The notes: generated by a model not told the origin, from the sequence alone. Counted from the first letter of the stretch, positions 1 to 10,187 are shown. The stretch is DNA of 64,000 nucleotides from Silvanigrellaceae bacterium (GCA_049423385.1 JBMSQQ010000002.1:1-64000), one strand, 5' to 3'. Numbers and translations: made by a program.

Positions 1-19
1 GTGCAGCCTTTTTATTTCG

Positions 20-55
20 AATCCCCGAGGGTGAATGCTCTCGGGGATTTTTTTT
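20..55 (+). terminator. Intrinsic terminator hairpin of a gene ending before the window
   Basis: Stem AATCCCCGAGGGT / GCTCTCGGGGATT (two G-U pairs), loop GAAT, followed by a T-run; identical to the hairpin at 863-897. Confidence 0.8.
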
Positions 56-213
56 ATTTTTACTGTGCGCCTTTTTGCCGAGCGCCTCGTCTCGGGCCAT
101 TTGGCGAGTTTAGTGTTTCTTTAACCCCTCGTTTATTTGGATAAAAAAAAAATAAAGTCATGAGTCAGTCACTGTTCTCCGATACGCCTAATCAGTTAAT
201 TGGAGGTACAAAG

Positions 214-825
214 ATGACGATTAAGAATTTTGTTGTTCCAAGTCTTGTTGCGACCGCTACCTTTTTCGCCAGCGCTTGCGGCATTATTTCGAACAACAAC
301 CCAACCACTGAGGCTGATTCTTCGACTGCAGAGGAACTGCTCTTCACCACAGCCACCGATGATGAGTTAGAGGCGCTTGGTCTCGCTTCGAAAAAGAAGC
401 AGCCCCTCGCACAAAAGGCAGGAGAAAGTATCGCTAAGAATCAGGCAAAGTCTGCCAACACACAAAAAAGGGCAGCGAACGTCGAAACTGCACTGGCGAA
501 ATTGCGTGAAGTCCGAGCCAAACCGACCCGTGGATTAATGCAAGCCAAGGATAAGTGCGATTCTATTGCTGCTGGCGTTGCCTTCCTGAAGAGTACGAAT
601 TCCCCGAAACGTCCGTTTGATGGTTTGCGCAATCGATTCAGAGTTGCTCTAAAAGCAGAGCGTGATAGCGTTCTCAAGGTCAATGGATTTACAAGTTGCG
701 GCAAGGTTCGCAACGCTGTTGCCTCACTTCCACCTGCCGCACCGGCTCCTGAGACTCTCGCAGATGAGGCTGTGCCAGCGACGGACGCGCTCGATGAGGT
801 AGTTTTGGCTCCCAGTGAAATCTGA
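214..825 (+). CDS. Hypothetical lipoprotein
   Basis: ORF 160..825; GGAGG at 202-206 favours ATG 214; signal MTIKNFVVPSLVATATFFASA-C with lipobox; basic helical core, acidic tail. Confidence 0.75.
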   Translation: MTIKNFVVPSLVATATFFASACGIISNNNPTTEADSSTAEELLFTTATDDELEALGLASKKKQPLAQKAGESIAKNQAKSANTQKRAANVETALAKLREVRAKPTRGLMQAKDKCDSIAAGVAFLKSTNSPKRPFDGLRNRFRVALKAERDSVLKVNGFTSCGKVRNAVASLPPAAPAPETLADEAVPATDALDEVVLAPSEI

Positions 826-854
826 AACTCGGCGCTCAGATAGCGGCGGGCGAA

Positions 855-897
855 TTATTTCGAATCCCCGAGGGTGAATGCTCTCGGGGATTTTTTT
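855..897 (+). terminator. Intrinsic terminator, exact 43-bp copy of 12..54
   Basis: TTATTTCGAATCCCCGAGGGTGAATGCTCTCGGGGATTTTTTT, 30 nt after the stop of the lipoprotein gene. Confidence 0.85.
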
Positions 898-969
898 ATG
901 CCTGTTATTGGGTCTGTAAACCTCAACTTGAGCCTTTGCATACGCACTTCAACAACCTGACTTGCTTTT

Positions 970-3141
970 TCAAGCTTGAATAGTCTCAGTTGAATTCAAG
1001 CGAATCATGATGAGCGTCATGTCGTCTTCGTTTGAAGGGTCCTTCATGAATGCCATTTTGTTTTCTTGCAGGGTTTTCATAAGGGCGAGCTCAACTTTTT
1101 GTTCACCTTCAAGAATCTTCTTTTTCAGTTTCCCAGCCCAGGAAAGAACCGTGACACCCACCGGCACGATGCCATCCGAATAAATAACCAGAAGATCTTC
1201 ATATCCCATGCTTTCGGTTTTAGGATTCCACTTGGCTTCACCAATGAGTTCGCCACCGAGACGTTCGCCCGCTGTCGTCATGTAGCGGAGTCCCTTTGAG
1301 TTGATCAAAAAAGCACCCGGATGGCCAGCGGAGCTGATGGAGACTTCTTTCGAATACGGATCGATGAGTGCAACCATAGCTGTGCAGTTTTCATTTTTGC
1401 GGAGTGCAGACAATCCCACATGGATGCGCAACGGAGCCGTGCAGAGCATTTCTTCTCTTGTTTTTTTGTCCTCCGGAAACGCCTGCTGACCAACACTTGC
1501 ACACCACAAACTCCAGTGTGAACAAATCACGCTTGTCGAAAGTGAGGAGCCAACGCCGTGCCCGGTCACATCCGCAAGGCAAACAGCCAGAAGTTTTCTT
1601 CCATCGGCGAAGGGGATCTCGCGAATATCGAACCAATCACCCGCGAGAGCTTCTGCGGGGTGATACACTGCCCGCCATTTCCAGAGTTTGTCCACGTGCT
1701 TCTTTTCTGGAAGCATTCGTGCCTGCACGTCGTGACCAACTTTCAATTCGCGTTCAATCACGGCCTTTTCGGCCATTTCGTGACCAAAGGTCAGCATGCG
1801 TTTGGCAATTGATCCCACCTCGAGAAGACCAGCCGTGAGGAGGGTTGGCATAAGCATCATGTGGCGCCAATCCAAAGGATCGGTGAATTTGCTCGAACTT
1901 CCAATGCGGCCAAGCAATTCGCTCAGATTGACACTTCCATGAATAACGAAGGCGGCGGCCGTGATGGCAATTTGAAAAACGAAGATTGACCTCGAGAGAG
2001 TCCCTTCGTCTTGAGCGCCCTGCTTTGGGAGTGATGACGTCGATTGCTTTTGGCGGTGAGTTTTCCATCTCAGAAAAACAAAAAATGAAATCAGCAGTAT
2101 TCCAAAGGTCGACATCAGAGAATCGACAATGAGAGTCGACTTGATCGAATAGTCTGTCACCCACCAGCGGCCACAAACTGCAAGAATTCCGAGGAAGACC
2201 ACAAAAACACTTCGAAACCAGATGTTGAATCGCTTCAATTGGATCGCACAGAGCTTTTCAACGAACATCAATAAGATGGCGAAGGCGGCACCCAGACAAA
2301 AGTAACTCAAGATCTCCTGCTGAAGCGACAGTGGCAACGACTCCGAGAGAAATTGAAAGTAAGTGTGAACAGCGCGCAGAGCGCCAAACAGTGCCAGAAT
2401 CAGCATGGCCGGACTGTGGTCAAGAACAGAGGCGATGGCGCCCATGACGAGTGGCAATCCCACTAAAAGCTGCTTGGACAATGCTGCTCCGCCAATCTGC
2501 TTATCGTAAAGATTCGCATATTCCCGGGTTGAATTTGGCTGGACAAGTGCGGGCGGAATGTCGAGTGGGCCAAATTGCGGAAGGGTTTTATAATTGGTGA
2601 TGAGTTCAATGGAGCCGGCCTTCTTGAGTTGATCGAGGGTCAATCCAAAAGAGCTGTCCGAAACATGACCGTAATCGGCTTCGCCAGCCATGTTGCTGCC
2701 CAAAAAAGTCACACGCTGTGAATTGCGGGGAATCAGCAAAACCCATTCGTTAGTGGCGGCAAGTGCCGTCAATTCATCGTTGCTGAGAGTGTATTTCAGG
2801 TGAACAGTGTTTGCAGGTTTCGATTCCTTGGATTTGTTGAATTCAAAATTGACGATGGGATTGTTGAAATTGAGAAGCGGAAATTGAACCGTGCTTTCGC
2901 CAGCGAGAGGGTCTTCCCTGCATATATCCGAGGTCGTCGCTCCCTTTCCGTAGTAGCAAAAATAAAAAACAGCCTTCCATTGCTTCAGCTGAATGGCTTT
3001 TCCCGTTTCAAGCAATGCTGTCAGGGCAGTGGAAGCATCATTCGCCGATTTTTGATGGGCGAGAATTTTTGAAAAAATAAAAACACTGGTTGCCAATGCT
3101 GCGAGCAGGGTGGCCCGCTTTGCCCATGTGACTTTCTGCAT
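970..3141 (-). CDS. Membrane-bound PP2C/SpoIIE-family (RsbU-like) Ser/Thr phosphatase with periplasmic and multi-TM sensor region
   Basis: Motifs ELKVGHDVQARMLP, LAGDWFD, LADVTGHGVG, SAGHP, YSDGI, DDMTL; several hydrophobic helices upstream. Confidence 0.85.
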   Translation of the reverse strand: MQKVTWAKRATLLAALATSVFIFSKILAHQKSANDASTALTALLETGKAIQLKQWKAVFYFCYYGKGATTSDICREDPLAGESTVQFPLLNFNNPIVNFEFNKSKESKPANTVHLKYTLSNDELTALAATNEWVLLIPRNSQRVTFLGSNMAGEADYGHVSDSSFGLTLDQLKKAGSIELITNYKTLPQFGPLDIPPALVQPNSTREYANLYDKQIGGAALSKQLLVGLPLVMGAIASVLDHSPAMLILALFGALRAVHTYFQFLSESLPLSLQQEILSYFCLGAAFAILLMFVEKLCAIQLKRFNIWFRSVFVVFLGILAVCGRWWVTDYSIKSTLIVDSLMSTFGILLISFFVFLRWKTHRQKQSTSSLPKQGAQDEGTLSRSIFVFQIAITAAAFVIHGSVNLSELLGRIGSSSKFTDPLDWRHMMLMPTLLTAGLLEVGSIAKRMLTFGHEMAEKAVIERELKVGHDVQARMLPEKKHVDKLWKWRAVYHPAEALAGDWFDIREIPFADGRKLLAVCLADVTGHGVGSSLSTSVICSHWSLWCASVGQQAFPEDKKTREEMLCTAPLRIHVGLSALRKNENCTAMVALIDPYSKEVSISSAGHPGAFLINSKGLRYMTTAGERLGGELIGEAKWNPKTESMGYEDLLVIYSDGIVPVGVTVLSWAGKLKKKILEGEQKVELALMKTLQENKMAFMKDPSNEDDMTLIMIRLNSTETIQA

Positions 3142-3240
3142 AGTTTTACTTCCGTTGCTTTATGGCAAAGAAAAGGCATTCACTCCTTCAAATTTCCATT
3201 TTCAATCGCTTTTGGGGAGAACAAGGATGTCAATCTTCTG

Positions 3241-5211
3241 TTAAAAATACCAGCTGCCACGGCTGAGGTATTCCATCTCGCCGTTTCTGTATGCAGCGGA
3301 AATATCGATTTCGAATGTTGAAGCAGGCCGGAAAACAAAAGAGGAACGGGCTTCTCGATACCACAGTCCATCTGCCTTGAGATTTATTGCTCGCGACAGG
3401 CTGAACTTGGTGATCCAACGCGCGTCACCATCAAGTGGGATATTCAACAAGGAACTCACTCCGGGCTCTGCAAACACTCCAAGTGCTCTGTCATCGCCAA
3501 CCCTGAGATCGAATCGGGCTGCAAGTCGTGAGTTTTCGGCTCCGAGTTTCCAGGCGCGTCCCAGGCCGCCAGCAATGGTGGTTTGCCCGCAATCTGCAAA
3601 ACAGCGTTGGCGATATCCCATTGAGAAATGCCAGGATCTTGAACTGAAGTGGGGTTGGTCAACCGGCATGGTTTCTATTCCCAGTGGAGTGAATTCACGA
3701 AGCAACAGCTTTTTTTTGAGGAGCAGAATCTCGAGATTGAAGAACGCAACTCCCAAGTCGGCGCCCATTCCAGCCAGGGGATTGTCGAGTGTGTGCAATG
3801 CGGGACGCCAGCCCAAAAGTGCCCCGAATTCAGGCTGTATGCCCGCGGTGCGCGACACGATTCCACCCAGAGTCAATCGGGTTGGAGGAAATGCCTCGTG
3901 CGGGGCTTCAAGTCGTGGTGGTGGAATGTCGTTGGCCGCGGATGCGATTCCGAGTTGCGCACGGAGCTTGAGCAGTTCCGGGCGTTCCGCTTTCCATTTT
4001 TCGGGTTCTTTGCTCCCCACGAGCTGCTCATCCGCATCGATGTATTCCAGAAGGGTGTCGAGCACGTGGACCTGCTCGGTTGGATTCAATGCAGGCAAGA
4101 CTTCGTTCGGCAAAAAGCGGTTTGCCTTTTTTTCAAGAATCAATCGGTCGAGTGAGTCTCTTTCCTTTTTGGAAAGCTTTTCCACCAGTGAAAGGTAACG
4201 ACGGACATTGGAAGCCCTGAATTTGAAGTTTGAGACCAATCCCGGGTATTGATGCACGATCCGGACTGTGTCTCCGGGAATAACCCAGGAGTTGAATTTT
4301 TCGACCAATTTCAGGGTTGGTCTTGCAACATCCAGAACGGCAAGCATGAGCAATGAACAATTGTCGTCGAAATAATAGTAGTCGATGCGATGTGTCGACA
4401 ATTCGAAAACAGAAAGCACTGACAATTCTACTTCCTGGGGAGTCAGATTCAATTCGTATTCCCACAAATCCCGACTCTCGGCATTGTTGTATTCCTGAAC
4501 CTTGACGTAATACGGCATCAGACTGATGAAGCCCGGAAAAAATCCAGCGAGTCCCATGGGGGCGTACAAAAAAGGGTTTTGTGTTGTTGGATAGGCTGCA
4601 TGATTCAGGCCATAGTCCAACAACTCACTGCCACGGATGCCAGAGTCGTTCACCTTGGTAAACTTGAGCAGAGTGTGTCCGAAAAGCGAACCTGGGTTGC
4701 CGGGATAATAGGATGAAAAAATCAACGAGACCTTGTTCGCATGAACAGATTGTTTGAAAATCTTAAAGCGCTTGCAAATTTCCGATGAGTTTTCAGGCTC
4801 CGGGTCGGAGAATTTTGTTTTCAGTTCGCGTTCCAGCCAAAGCCTGCGCGCAGGATATTGACAAAGTGCTTCCTGTCGCTGGCCTGAGCTGCCCTCAACA
4901 AAAGCCTTCAGTGTTGACTTCAATTCGGCTTCAGGATCGAAGCTTCCTCGTATCGACAGAAAAAAGCGTTCGTCATCGACGAGGCTTCGGTCTTTGCGCA
5001 ACCATGATGGAGCAAAATAGAGCAGTTTTCGCCAGTGGTCTTTCTTCGCAAGTTGCATCGTGGCCGAATCTGAAATTTGCAGTTCCTTTTGCGATGGACG
5101 GAGGGTGCTGCCTGAAGAAAGGCTTTCATGGACTTGTGCAACAGCAACAAAGGAGTTGGCGACAGCAAAAAAAACAAGGCAGGCAAGGCTCGTCTTTGAA
5201 ACGTTGGCCAT
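3241..5211 (-). CDS. DUF4105 (Lnb N-terminal-like) domain protein with probable C-terminal beta-barrel
   Basis: Signal peptide; CQYPAR, SLFGHTLL, EYNNAESRDLWEYELNL, YYYFDDNCS motifs; alternating beta-strand pattern ending SWYF. Confidence 0.8.
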   Translation of the reverse strand: MANVSKTSLACLVFFAVANSFVAVAQVHESLSSGSTLRPSQKELQISDSATMQLAKKDHWRKLLYFAPSWLRKDRSLVDDERFFLSIRGSFDPEAELKSTLKAFVEGSSGQRQEALCQYPARRLWLERELKTKFSDPEPENSSEICKRFKIFKQSVHANKVSLIFSSYYPGNPGSLFGHTLLKFTKVNDSGIRGSELLDYGLNHAAYPTTQNPFLYAPMGLAGFFPGFISLMPYYVKVQEYNNAESRDLWEYELNLTPQEVELSVLSVFELSTHRIDYYYFDDNCSLLMLAVLDVARPTLKLVEKFNSWVIPGDTVRIVHQYPGLVSNFKFRASNVRRYLSLVEKLSKKERDSLDRLILEKKANRFLPNEVLPALNPTEQVHVLDTLLEYIDADEQLVGSKEPEKWKAERPELLKLRAQLGIASAANDIPPPRLEAPHEAFPPTRLTLGGIVSRTAGIQPEFGALLGWRPALHTLDNPLAGMGADLGVAFFNLEILLLKKKLLLREFTPLGIETMPVDQPHFSSRSWHFSMGYRQRCFADCGQTTIAGGLGRAWKLGAENSRLAARFDLRVGDDRALGVFAEPGVSSLLNIPLDGDARWITKFSLSRAINLKADGLWYREARSSFVFRPASTFEIDISAAYRNGEMEYLSRGSWYF

Positions 5212-5306
5212 CGGGCGGTTCCATCCATAAAAAAAGAAAACTCCGGAAGTTTTCTCCCGGAGTCACGCATCAGGTCAAGTTTTTTGCCTGGTGTTTTGGA
5301 ACAATC

Positions 5307-5870
5307 TTATTCGCCGCGAACGCAGTTCTGCAGTTCTTCGGATGATTTTGCAGTGCTGACAAAGCGCTCTGCAACGTTGGCCGGAACCGAGTCAGAGAAG
5401 ATTTCACTGTGGCTCGACTGGGCGACCGTTGCAAAGGTCTTGACCTGCTCGTCGCTTCCGCAGCCAATCATTTGAGCCAAGCCGCGCAGGTGGTTTCCGT
5501 CACCCTTCGATACTTCTTTGCTCAAGTCTCCAAGGTTCATTGAAACGTAGGTTTCGCGCTCGATGCGGAATGCCTCTTCCGATGCTGCAGGTGTGTCCGT
5601 GCAGTTCGACGTCCCGGAAGTGATGGCTGATGTTTGAGGAGTAACTGAATTGTTCTTGGTTGGAGCCCGAATTAGCATGCCGAGTGTATTGTTTTTCGGA
5701 CCTCGAAAAACCAGAGTTCCGATGCCACAGCCGGCCATTCCATAAATCGGGGCCGAATAGTTTTTGGCAGCTGGTGCAGATGCATTTTGCTTGCCCTTCT
5801 TGGCTTGGGCGAAAGCAATTTGTGAGCTCAACATGGCAAGTGTAGACAGGGTCAAAATACCAAATCTCAT
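5307..5870 (-). CDS. DUF3015 family secreted protein
   Basis: Start ATG 5870 with signal peptide (IAFA-Q); YGMAGCGIG, ITSGTSNC, LSKEVSKGDGNHL, IGC motifs. Confidence 0.75.
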   Translation of the reverse strand: MRFGILTLSTLAMLSSQIAFAQAKKGKQNASAPAAKNYSAPIYGMAGCGIGTLVFRGPKNNTLGMLIRAPTKNNSVTPQTSAITSGTSNCTDTPAASEEAFRIERETYVSMNLGDLSKEVSKGDGNHLRGLAQMIGCGSDEQVKTFATVAQSSHSEIFSDSVPANVAERFVSTAKSSEELQNCVRGE

Positions 5871-6127
5871 TACATGAAGCTTTCCTGGGTTTCCCTGCTT
5901 GCATTGCCTCCATCCGGGACGCAATTTGAGGTACCAGATGTCATACCAGAGGTTGGTACTCCAGTTGCGTTTGTTGTCGCGGCTGAAAGCTATGAACCCT
6001 TTGGTCCGATGACAATTGATACCATGCCACAACCTGCCATTCCGTACTTGCGCGAGGCACTTGCCATGTTCGGAGCCGAAACTGCAGCGACCCTACCCAC
6101 GGCCCACAAGAGACTTCTCTTTTTCAC
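5870..6127 (-). pseudogene. Second DUF3015 paralog with an in-frame TAG and no C-terminal half
   Basis: GGAGG then GTG 6127; YGMAGCGM..GPKGS*(TAG 5990-5992)LSAATTNATG..MTSGTSNC..QESFM*(TAA 5870-5872); TAA overlaps the next ATG. Confidence 0.75.
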
Positions 6128-6192
6128 AAAAACCTCCGTGTGTGTGGGTAACAAGCGTCGATTGTAGAACAGATATTGTGAATTGGAGAGAG

Positions 6193-7014
6193 TCAGCGGG
6201 CGTTCTGTTCTTTTGTCGTTCTGTCCGCAGACTTCGCTTTTGTCTTTGATTTTGTGTTGAGCAGTTTGCTGCGTTCTGCAATCACTTGCAGCACAGAGCT
6301 CTCCATGGGTCTGTATCCGAAGGCAATCCAATAAAACTTTCGCCTCGGGTTTTTTTCATCCGCGATTCTGTTGCTGGCCAAAAACGCTTTGATCTCATCT
6401 TCGAGTGATTCAAGTTTTCTGCGGATCGTCATCGCGTGCTCTTCGGAAAGGTAACCGACGGCAAGCTTGAAGTGCTCGTCGGGATTCTCGAATTTGCTTT
6501 TGAAGAATTCTTCAATTCCAACTTCACTGTATCGAGTCCAAAGAGCGCCGCCCGGACTGAAGCGTGCGTTGCAGCTCACCAGCGATCGCAATTCACTGTT
6601 TGAACGGAATGTAACGAGTTCCAGGTTTTCCATTTCACGCAATGCGCGGATCAGTCGTGCGGTGTCCCTTGGTTGAAGCCGCGCATCAATTTCGTCGAAC
6701 GTGTAGCCCCTTGCAACCATGAAAAAAACAACAAACAGAAACTCATCCTTGCTGAGTGCAAGCTCCTGGCGTGTCGAAAAGGTGTCGATTTGGGCAAAGG
6801 TCATTGCTTTCAAGTCCGAGAGCATGTCATCCAGGCTTGCACCGAGTGCCTTGCAAACGTCATCAAGAGCTTCGAGCGGCAATCGTTCTTCTGAGAAATA
6901 GCGTTTGACGGTCACTTCCGAGACTTTAAGCTTGCGTGCAAGTTGTTGGTAGGTCATGCCATTGCGCCGCATTCTCATGCGGATGGCTTCGAGGATTCTC
7001 TTTTTTTCGCTCAT
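6193..7014 (-). CDS. XRE/Cro-C1 helix-turn-helix transcriptional regulator
   Basis: N-terminal MTYQQLARKLKVSEVTVKRYFSEERL HTH plus a larger C-terminal domain; ATG 7014 preferred over GTG 7062. Confidence 0.8.
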   Translation of the reverse strand: MSEKKRILEAIRMRMRRNGMTYQQLARKLKVSEVTVKRYFSEERLPLEALDDVCKALGASLDDMLSDLKAMTFAQIDTFSTRQELALSKDEFLFVVFFMVARGYTFDEIDARLQPRDTARLIRALREMENLELVTFRSNSELRSLVSCNARFSPGGALWTRYSEVGIEEFFKSKFENPDEHFKLAVGYLSEEHAMTIRRKLESLEDEIKAFLASNRIADEKNPRRKFYWIAFGYRPMESSVLQVIAERSKLLNTKSKTKAKSADRTTKEQNAR

Positions 7015-7302
7015 GACGTTGGTTTCCTGTTTTGTGCCCTGTTTCTCGGCATCCAGGTTCACCGACCTGAAGCAGTTGTGCGCAGTTTTTGCATTTTCCG
7101 ATGAACATGCATGTCTTTTTTAACGTTCGGGCAGTCTGAATGAAGGGAAATTTTTTCCTCCCAAATATTTGCAGACCGTTTAAATTTCGGCGACCGGCCG
7201 AAAATGTGTCTGTGCTGTTCCAGCATTTCGTTGGATTGTTTTGTGTGTTCACTTTTGATTGTCTTTGTTCTTAACCAAAACTCGTTGTCATTGGGGGTTT
7301 GT

Positions 7303-8439
7303 ATGAAGGTGGTTCAAGCGGTTGCGTCGGCGCCAGAAACAGTTGCCGAGTTTTGTTCAAAGAATCTTGGCACAAAGAAAAATGGCATTCTTTTGGCTTT
7401 TGGCTCGTCTGAATCTCTTTCCGGTCCACTCGCCGGCAAGCTGCTGGCAGCCGCCAACAGCAACAATGTGCTTTTTTGTTCAACATCGGGCCATTTTGCA
7501 GGCCAGCAGATTCAGGACGAAGGACTTTGCCTCTCATTTCTTGAATTCGAGAAGACCAACGTGAAAGTGGCTGCGATGGATATTTCCAACGCAACTGAAA
7601 GTGAGGTCGTCGGAGAAAAATTAGCGAATCTTCTCAAGGGCGGTGACCTGCGACAGGTTCTCGTGTTTTCGGATGGGCTCAAGGTGAATGGAACTGCCCT
7701 TGCAAATGGACTCACCAAGGTTCTCGAAAAATCCACCATCATCAGTGGTGGCTTGGCGGGTGATGGCAGCAATTTCAAGCGAACCCTTGTTGGCCTCAAC
7801 TCGTTGCCCAAAGAAGGCTGTGTTGCAGTGGTCGGATTCTATGGAAATAGCCTCGAAACCGCGGCTGCATCCATGGGCGGATGGGATGCCTTTGGACCGA
7901 AACGGGTGATCACCAAATCCGAGGCAAATGTGCTCTGGGAGTTGGACGGAAAGCCTGCTCTTGAAGTCTACAAGCAGTATTTGGGCAAACACGCAGCCGA
8001 GCTGCCCGCAAGCGCGTTGTTGTTTCCGTTGTCTGTTTCAATGGGCAGCACAAGCCACAAGGTTGTTCGCACCGTGTTGAGCATTGACGACAAGACAGGC
8101 GCCATGACATTCGCTGGAGATCTTCCGGTTGGGTCTGAAGTTCAGTTGATGAAGTCGAATATCGACAGTCTTGTGTCGGGAGCACAGGGTGCGGCCGAGA
8201 AATGTGAATTGAGCGGGCCTGCCGATTTTGCACTGCTTGTCAGTTGTGTTGGTCGTCGATTGGTGATGGGCCAAAGAACCGAAGAAGAGATCGAAATTGT
8301 TCAACAAGCAACAAAGTCACCTAAATGTGCTGTGACAGGCTTCTATTCCTATGGTGAATTGAGTCCGCAGGGAAAATTTGAACGCTGTGATTTGCATAAT
8401 CAAACGATGACCGTGACAATGTTCAGGGAGAGTCACTGA
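7303..8439 (+). CDS. FIST_N/FIST_C sensory protein (NosP-like)
   Basis: CSTSG, SDGLKVNG, GGLAGDG, GGWDAFGP, ELDGKPAL, LLVSCVGRR, GFYSYGE, LHNQTMT motifs. Confidence 0.9.
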   Translation: MKVVQAVASAPETVAEFCSKNLGTKKNGILLAFGSSESLSGPLAGKLLAAANSNNVLFCSTSGHFAGQQIQDEGLCLSFLEFEKTNVKVAAMDISNATESEVVGEKLANLLKGGDLRQVLVFSDGLKVNGTALANGLTKVLEKSTIISGGLAGDGSNFKRTLVGLNSLPKEGCVAVVGFYGNSLETAAASMGGWDAFGPKRVITKSEANVLWELDGKPALEVYKQYLGKHAAELPASALLFPLSVSMGSTSHKVVRTVLSIDDKTGAMTFAGDLPVGSEVQLMKSNIDSLVSGAQGAAEKCELSGPADFALLVSCVGRRLVMGQRTEEEIEIVQQATKSPKCAVTGFYSYGELSPQGKFERCDLHNQTMTVTMFRESH

Positions 8440-8456
8440 TTCCGGAGTCCGAAGAA

Positions 8457-10187
8457 ATGCACAAACTGCTCGAGCGACAATTGAAAAAGAGTTTTGCTGC
8501 CGACCTGGATATCCGGATGGCCGACAAGGCCTTCAGCACATTTTGTCAATCGATCGAGCAGGCGTACATTGCTCATGAAGACGACAGGAATCTGTTGGAA
8601 CGTTCTTTGGAATTGAGCTCCGCTGAGCTGAATGAAAAAAACAACGACCTTCAGCTCGCGAGAGCCTCTGCTGAAACAGCAAACAAGGCGAAAAGCACTT
8701 TTCTGGCCAACATGAGCCACGAAATGCGAACGCCCCTCAATGCAATTATAGGTTATAGTGAACTCCTGCTTGAGGAACTCTCAGAGCTCGATCACAAGCA
8801 AATTGCGATAGAGCTGGACAAGATCAAAACCTCGGGCAGTCATCTGTTGAGTCTCATCAACAATGTTCTGGATTTGGCAAAAATCGAATCCGGGCACATG
8901 GACGTGAATTTGGAGTCCGTGTCTGTCTGTCGTTTGGTCAGTGAAGTCTGCACGATACTTCAAGCGCAGGCGACTCGAAACAAAAACGTTTTGTATTCCG
9001 AGTTTTTGACGGGCGTCGAAGCTATTCAGACAGATCGTTCCAAATTGAAACAAATTTTAATCAATCTCACCGGAAACGCCCTAAAGTTCACTCAGAATGG
9101 GCGAGTCACCCTCGAATTTTCGATGAGGGCCGATGGACGGCCTGTTCTCAGTGTTTCCGATACAGGAATCGGAATGACTCCAGAAAATCTCGCCAAGCTC
9201 TTCAAGCCGTTTGTCCAGGCAGACACGGAGACCCAAAAGAAATTTGGCGGCACTGGACTTGGTTTGGCTCTCAGCAAGAAATTTGCTGAGCTGATGGGAG
9301 CTTCGCTCGAAGTGACCAGTGTCGTTGGTCAAGGCAGCCGGTTCAATATTGTGTTCCCTGTTGTGAACGATTCGCAAGCAGGGGTGAACTCTGCACTTGT
9401 AAGTGAGCCGGTCGTGCATCGCTCGACAGAAGACAACGTCGGCAAGCGAATTCTCGTTGTCGATGATGATCCACAGGCGATCGACTTGATGCGTCGTTTT
9501 TTGGGTCGTCACGGTTTCGAATGCGTGAGTCTGAAAAATGGTTCGCAAGCGGTTGATGAAGCGAAGCGATTCAAGCCGGTTGCTATCCTGCTGGATGTTT
9601 ACATGCCGGGAATGGATGGTTGGACGACGTTTTCCAGGTTGAAAAACGATAAGGCAACAAAGGATATTCCGGTGATCTTCACGACCATGACAGACGAACG
9701 GACATTTGGTCTGTCATTGGGTGCACTGGATTATTTTACCAAGCCGGTCGATTGGAGCCGATTGGCTGAAGTGCTGGGTACGGTGGGAGGAGGCAACAGG
9801 ACCTCGGAATGCCTCCTTACCGAAGTTGAACCTGGAGCACGGGAAAAGCTTGCAAAAATGCTTGAAAGTCGTGGGTGGAAGACACGGACTGCGTTGACCA
9901 CAGATGCGTTTGTTGATGCGATTGCAGCGCAAAAATACGATTTGGTGATTTTGGATGGACTCAACAGGGAACTCGATGAGGCCAAGTGTTTTGAAGCATT
10001 GAGCGGCAACAGTCCCAACCAGAACACTCCCGTGATTTATTGCACCGACCATCCGACCAATTTTCCGACCAATGAAGTGCTCAAGAGCCGAACAAAGGTT
10101 GTGTTTGCTGAAAACAATTCCGACACAGCGCAAGTTGAAAAGTCGATTTTCAATTTGCTTTCTGGTGGAAAGGAATCCCAAAAATGA
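8457..10187 (+). CDS. Cytoplasmic hybrid histidine kinase (HisKA-HATPase-REC-degenerate REC)
   Basis: H-box FLANMSHEMRTPLN, N-box NLTGNALKFT, G-boxes DTGIGM and GGTGLGL; REC with VDDD, LLDVYMP, TKP; no TM helix. Confidence 0.92.
   Translation: MHKLLERQLKKSFAADLDIRMADKAFSTFCQSIEQAYIAHEDDRNLLERSLELSSAELNEKNNDLQLARASAETANKAKSTFLANMSHEMRTPLNAIIGYSELLLEELSELDHKQIAIELDKIKTSGSHLLSLINNVLDLAKIESGHMDVNLESVSVCRLVSEVCTILQAQATRNKNVLYSEFLTGVEAIQTDRSKLKQILINLTGNALKFTQNGRVTLEFSMRADGRPVLSVSDTGIGMTPENLAKLFKPFVQADTETQKKFGGTGLGLALSKKFAELMGASLEVTSVVGQGSRFNIVFPVVNDSQAGVNSALVSEPVVHRSTEDNVGKRILVVDDDPQAIDLMRRFLGRHGFECVSLKNGSQAVDEAKRFKPVAILLDVYMPGMDGWTTFSRLKNDKATKDIPVIFTTMTDERTFGLSLGALDYFTKPVDWSRLAEVLGTVGGGNRTSECLLTEVEPGAREKLAKMLESRGWKTRTALTTDAFVDAIAAQKYDLVILDGLNRELDEAKCFEALSGNSPNQNTPVIYCTDHPTNFPTNEVLKSRTKVVFAENNSDTAQVEKSIFNLLSGGKESQK

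Noticed and set aside
12..897. CRISPR array or IS ends from the 43-bp repeat
   Set aside because: Only two copies, 843 bp apart, in direct orientation, terminator-shaped, with no cas or transposase gene.
7178..7204. Sigma28 promoter for the FIST operon (TAAA..GCCGAAAA)
   Set aside because: The spacer is 3 nt shorter than the consensus.
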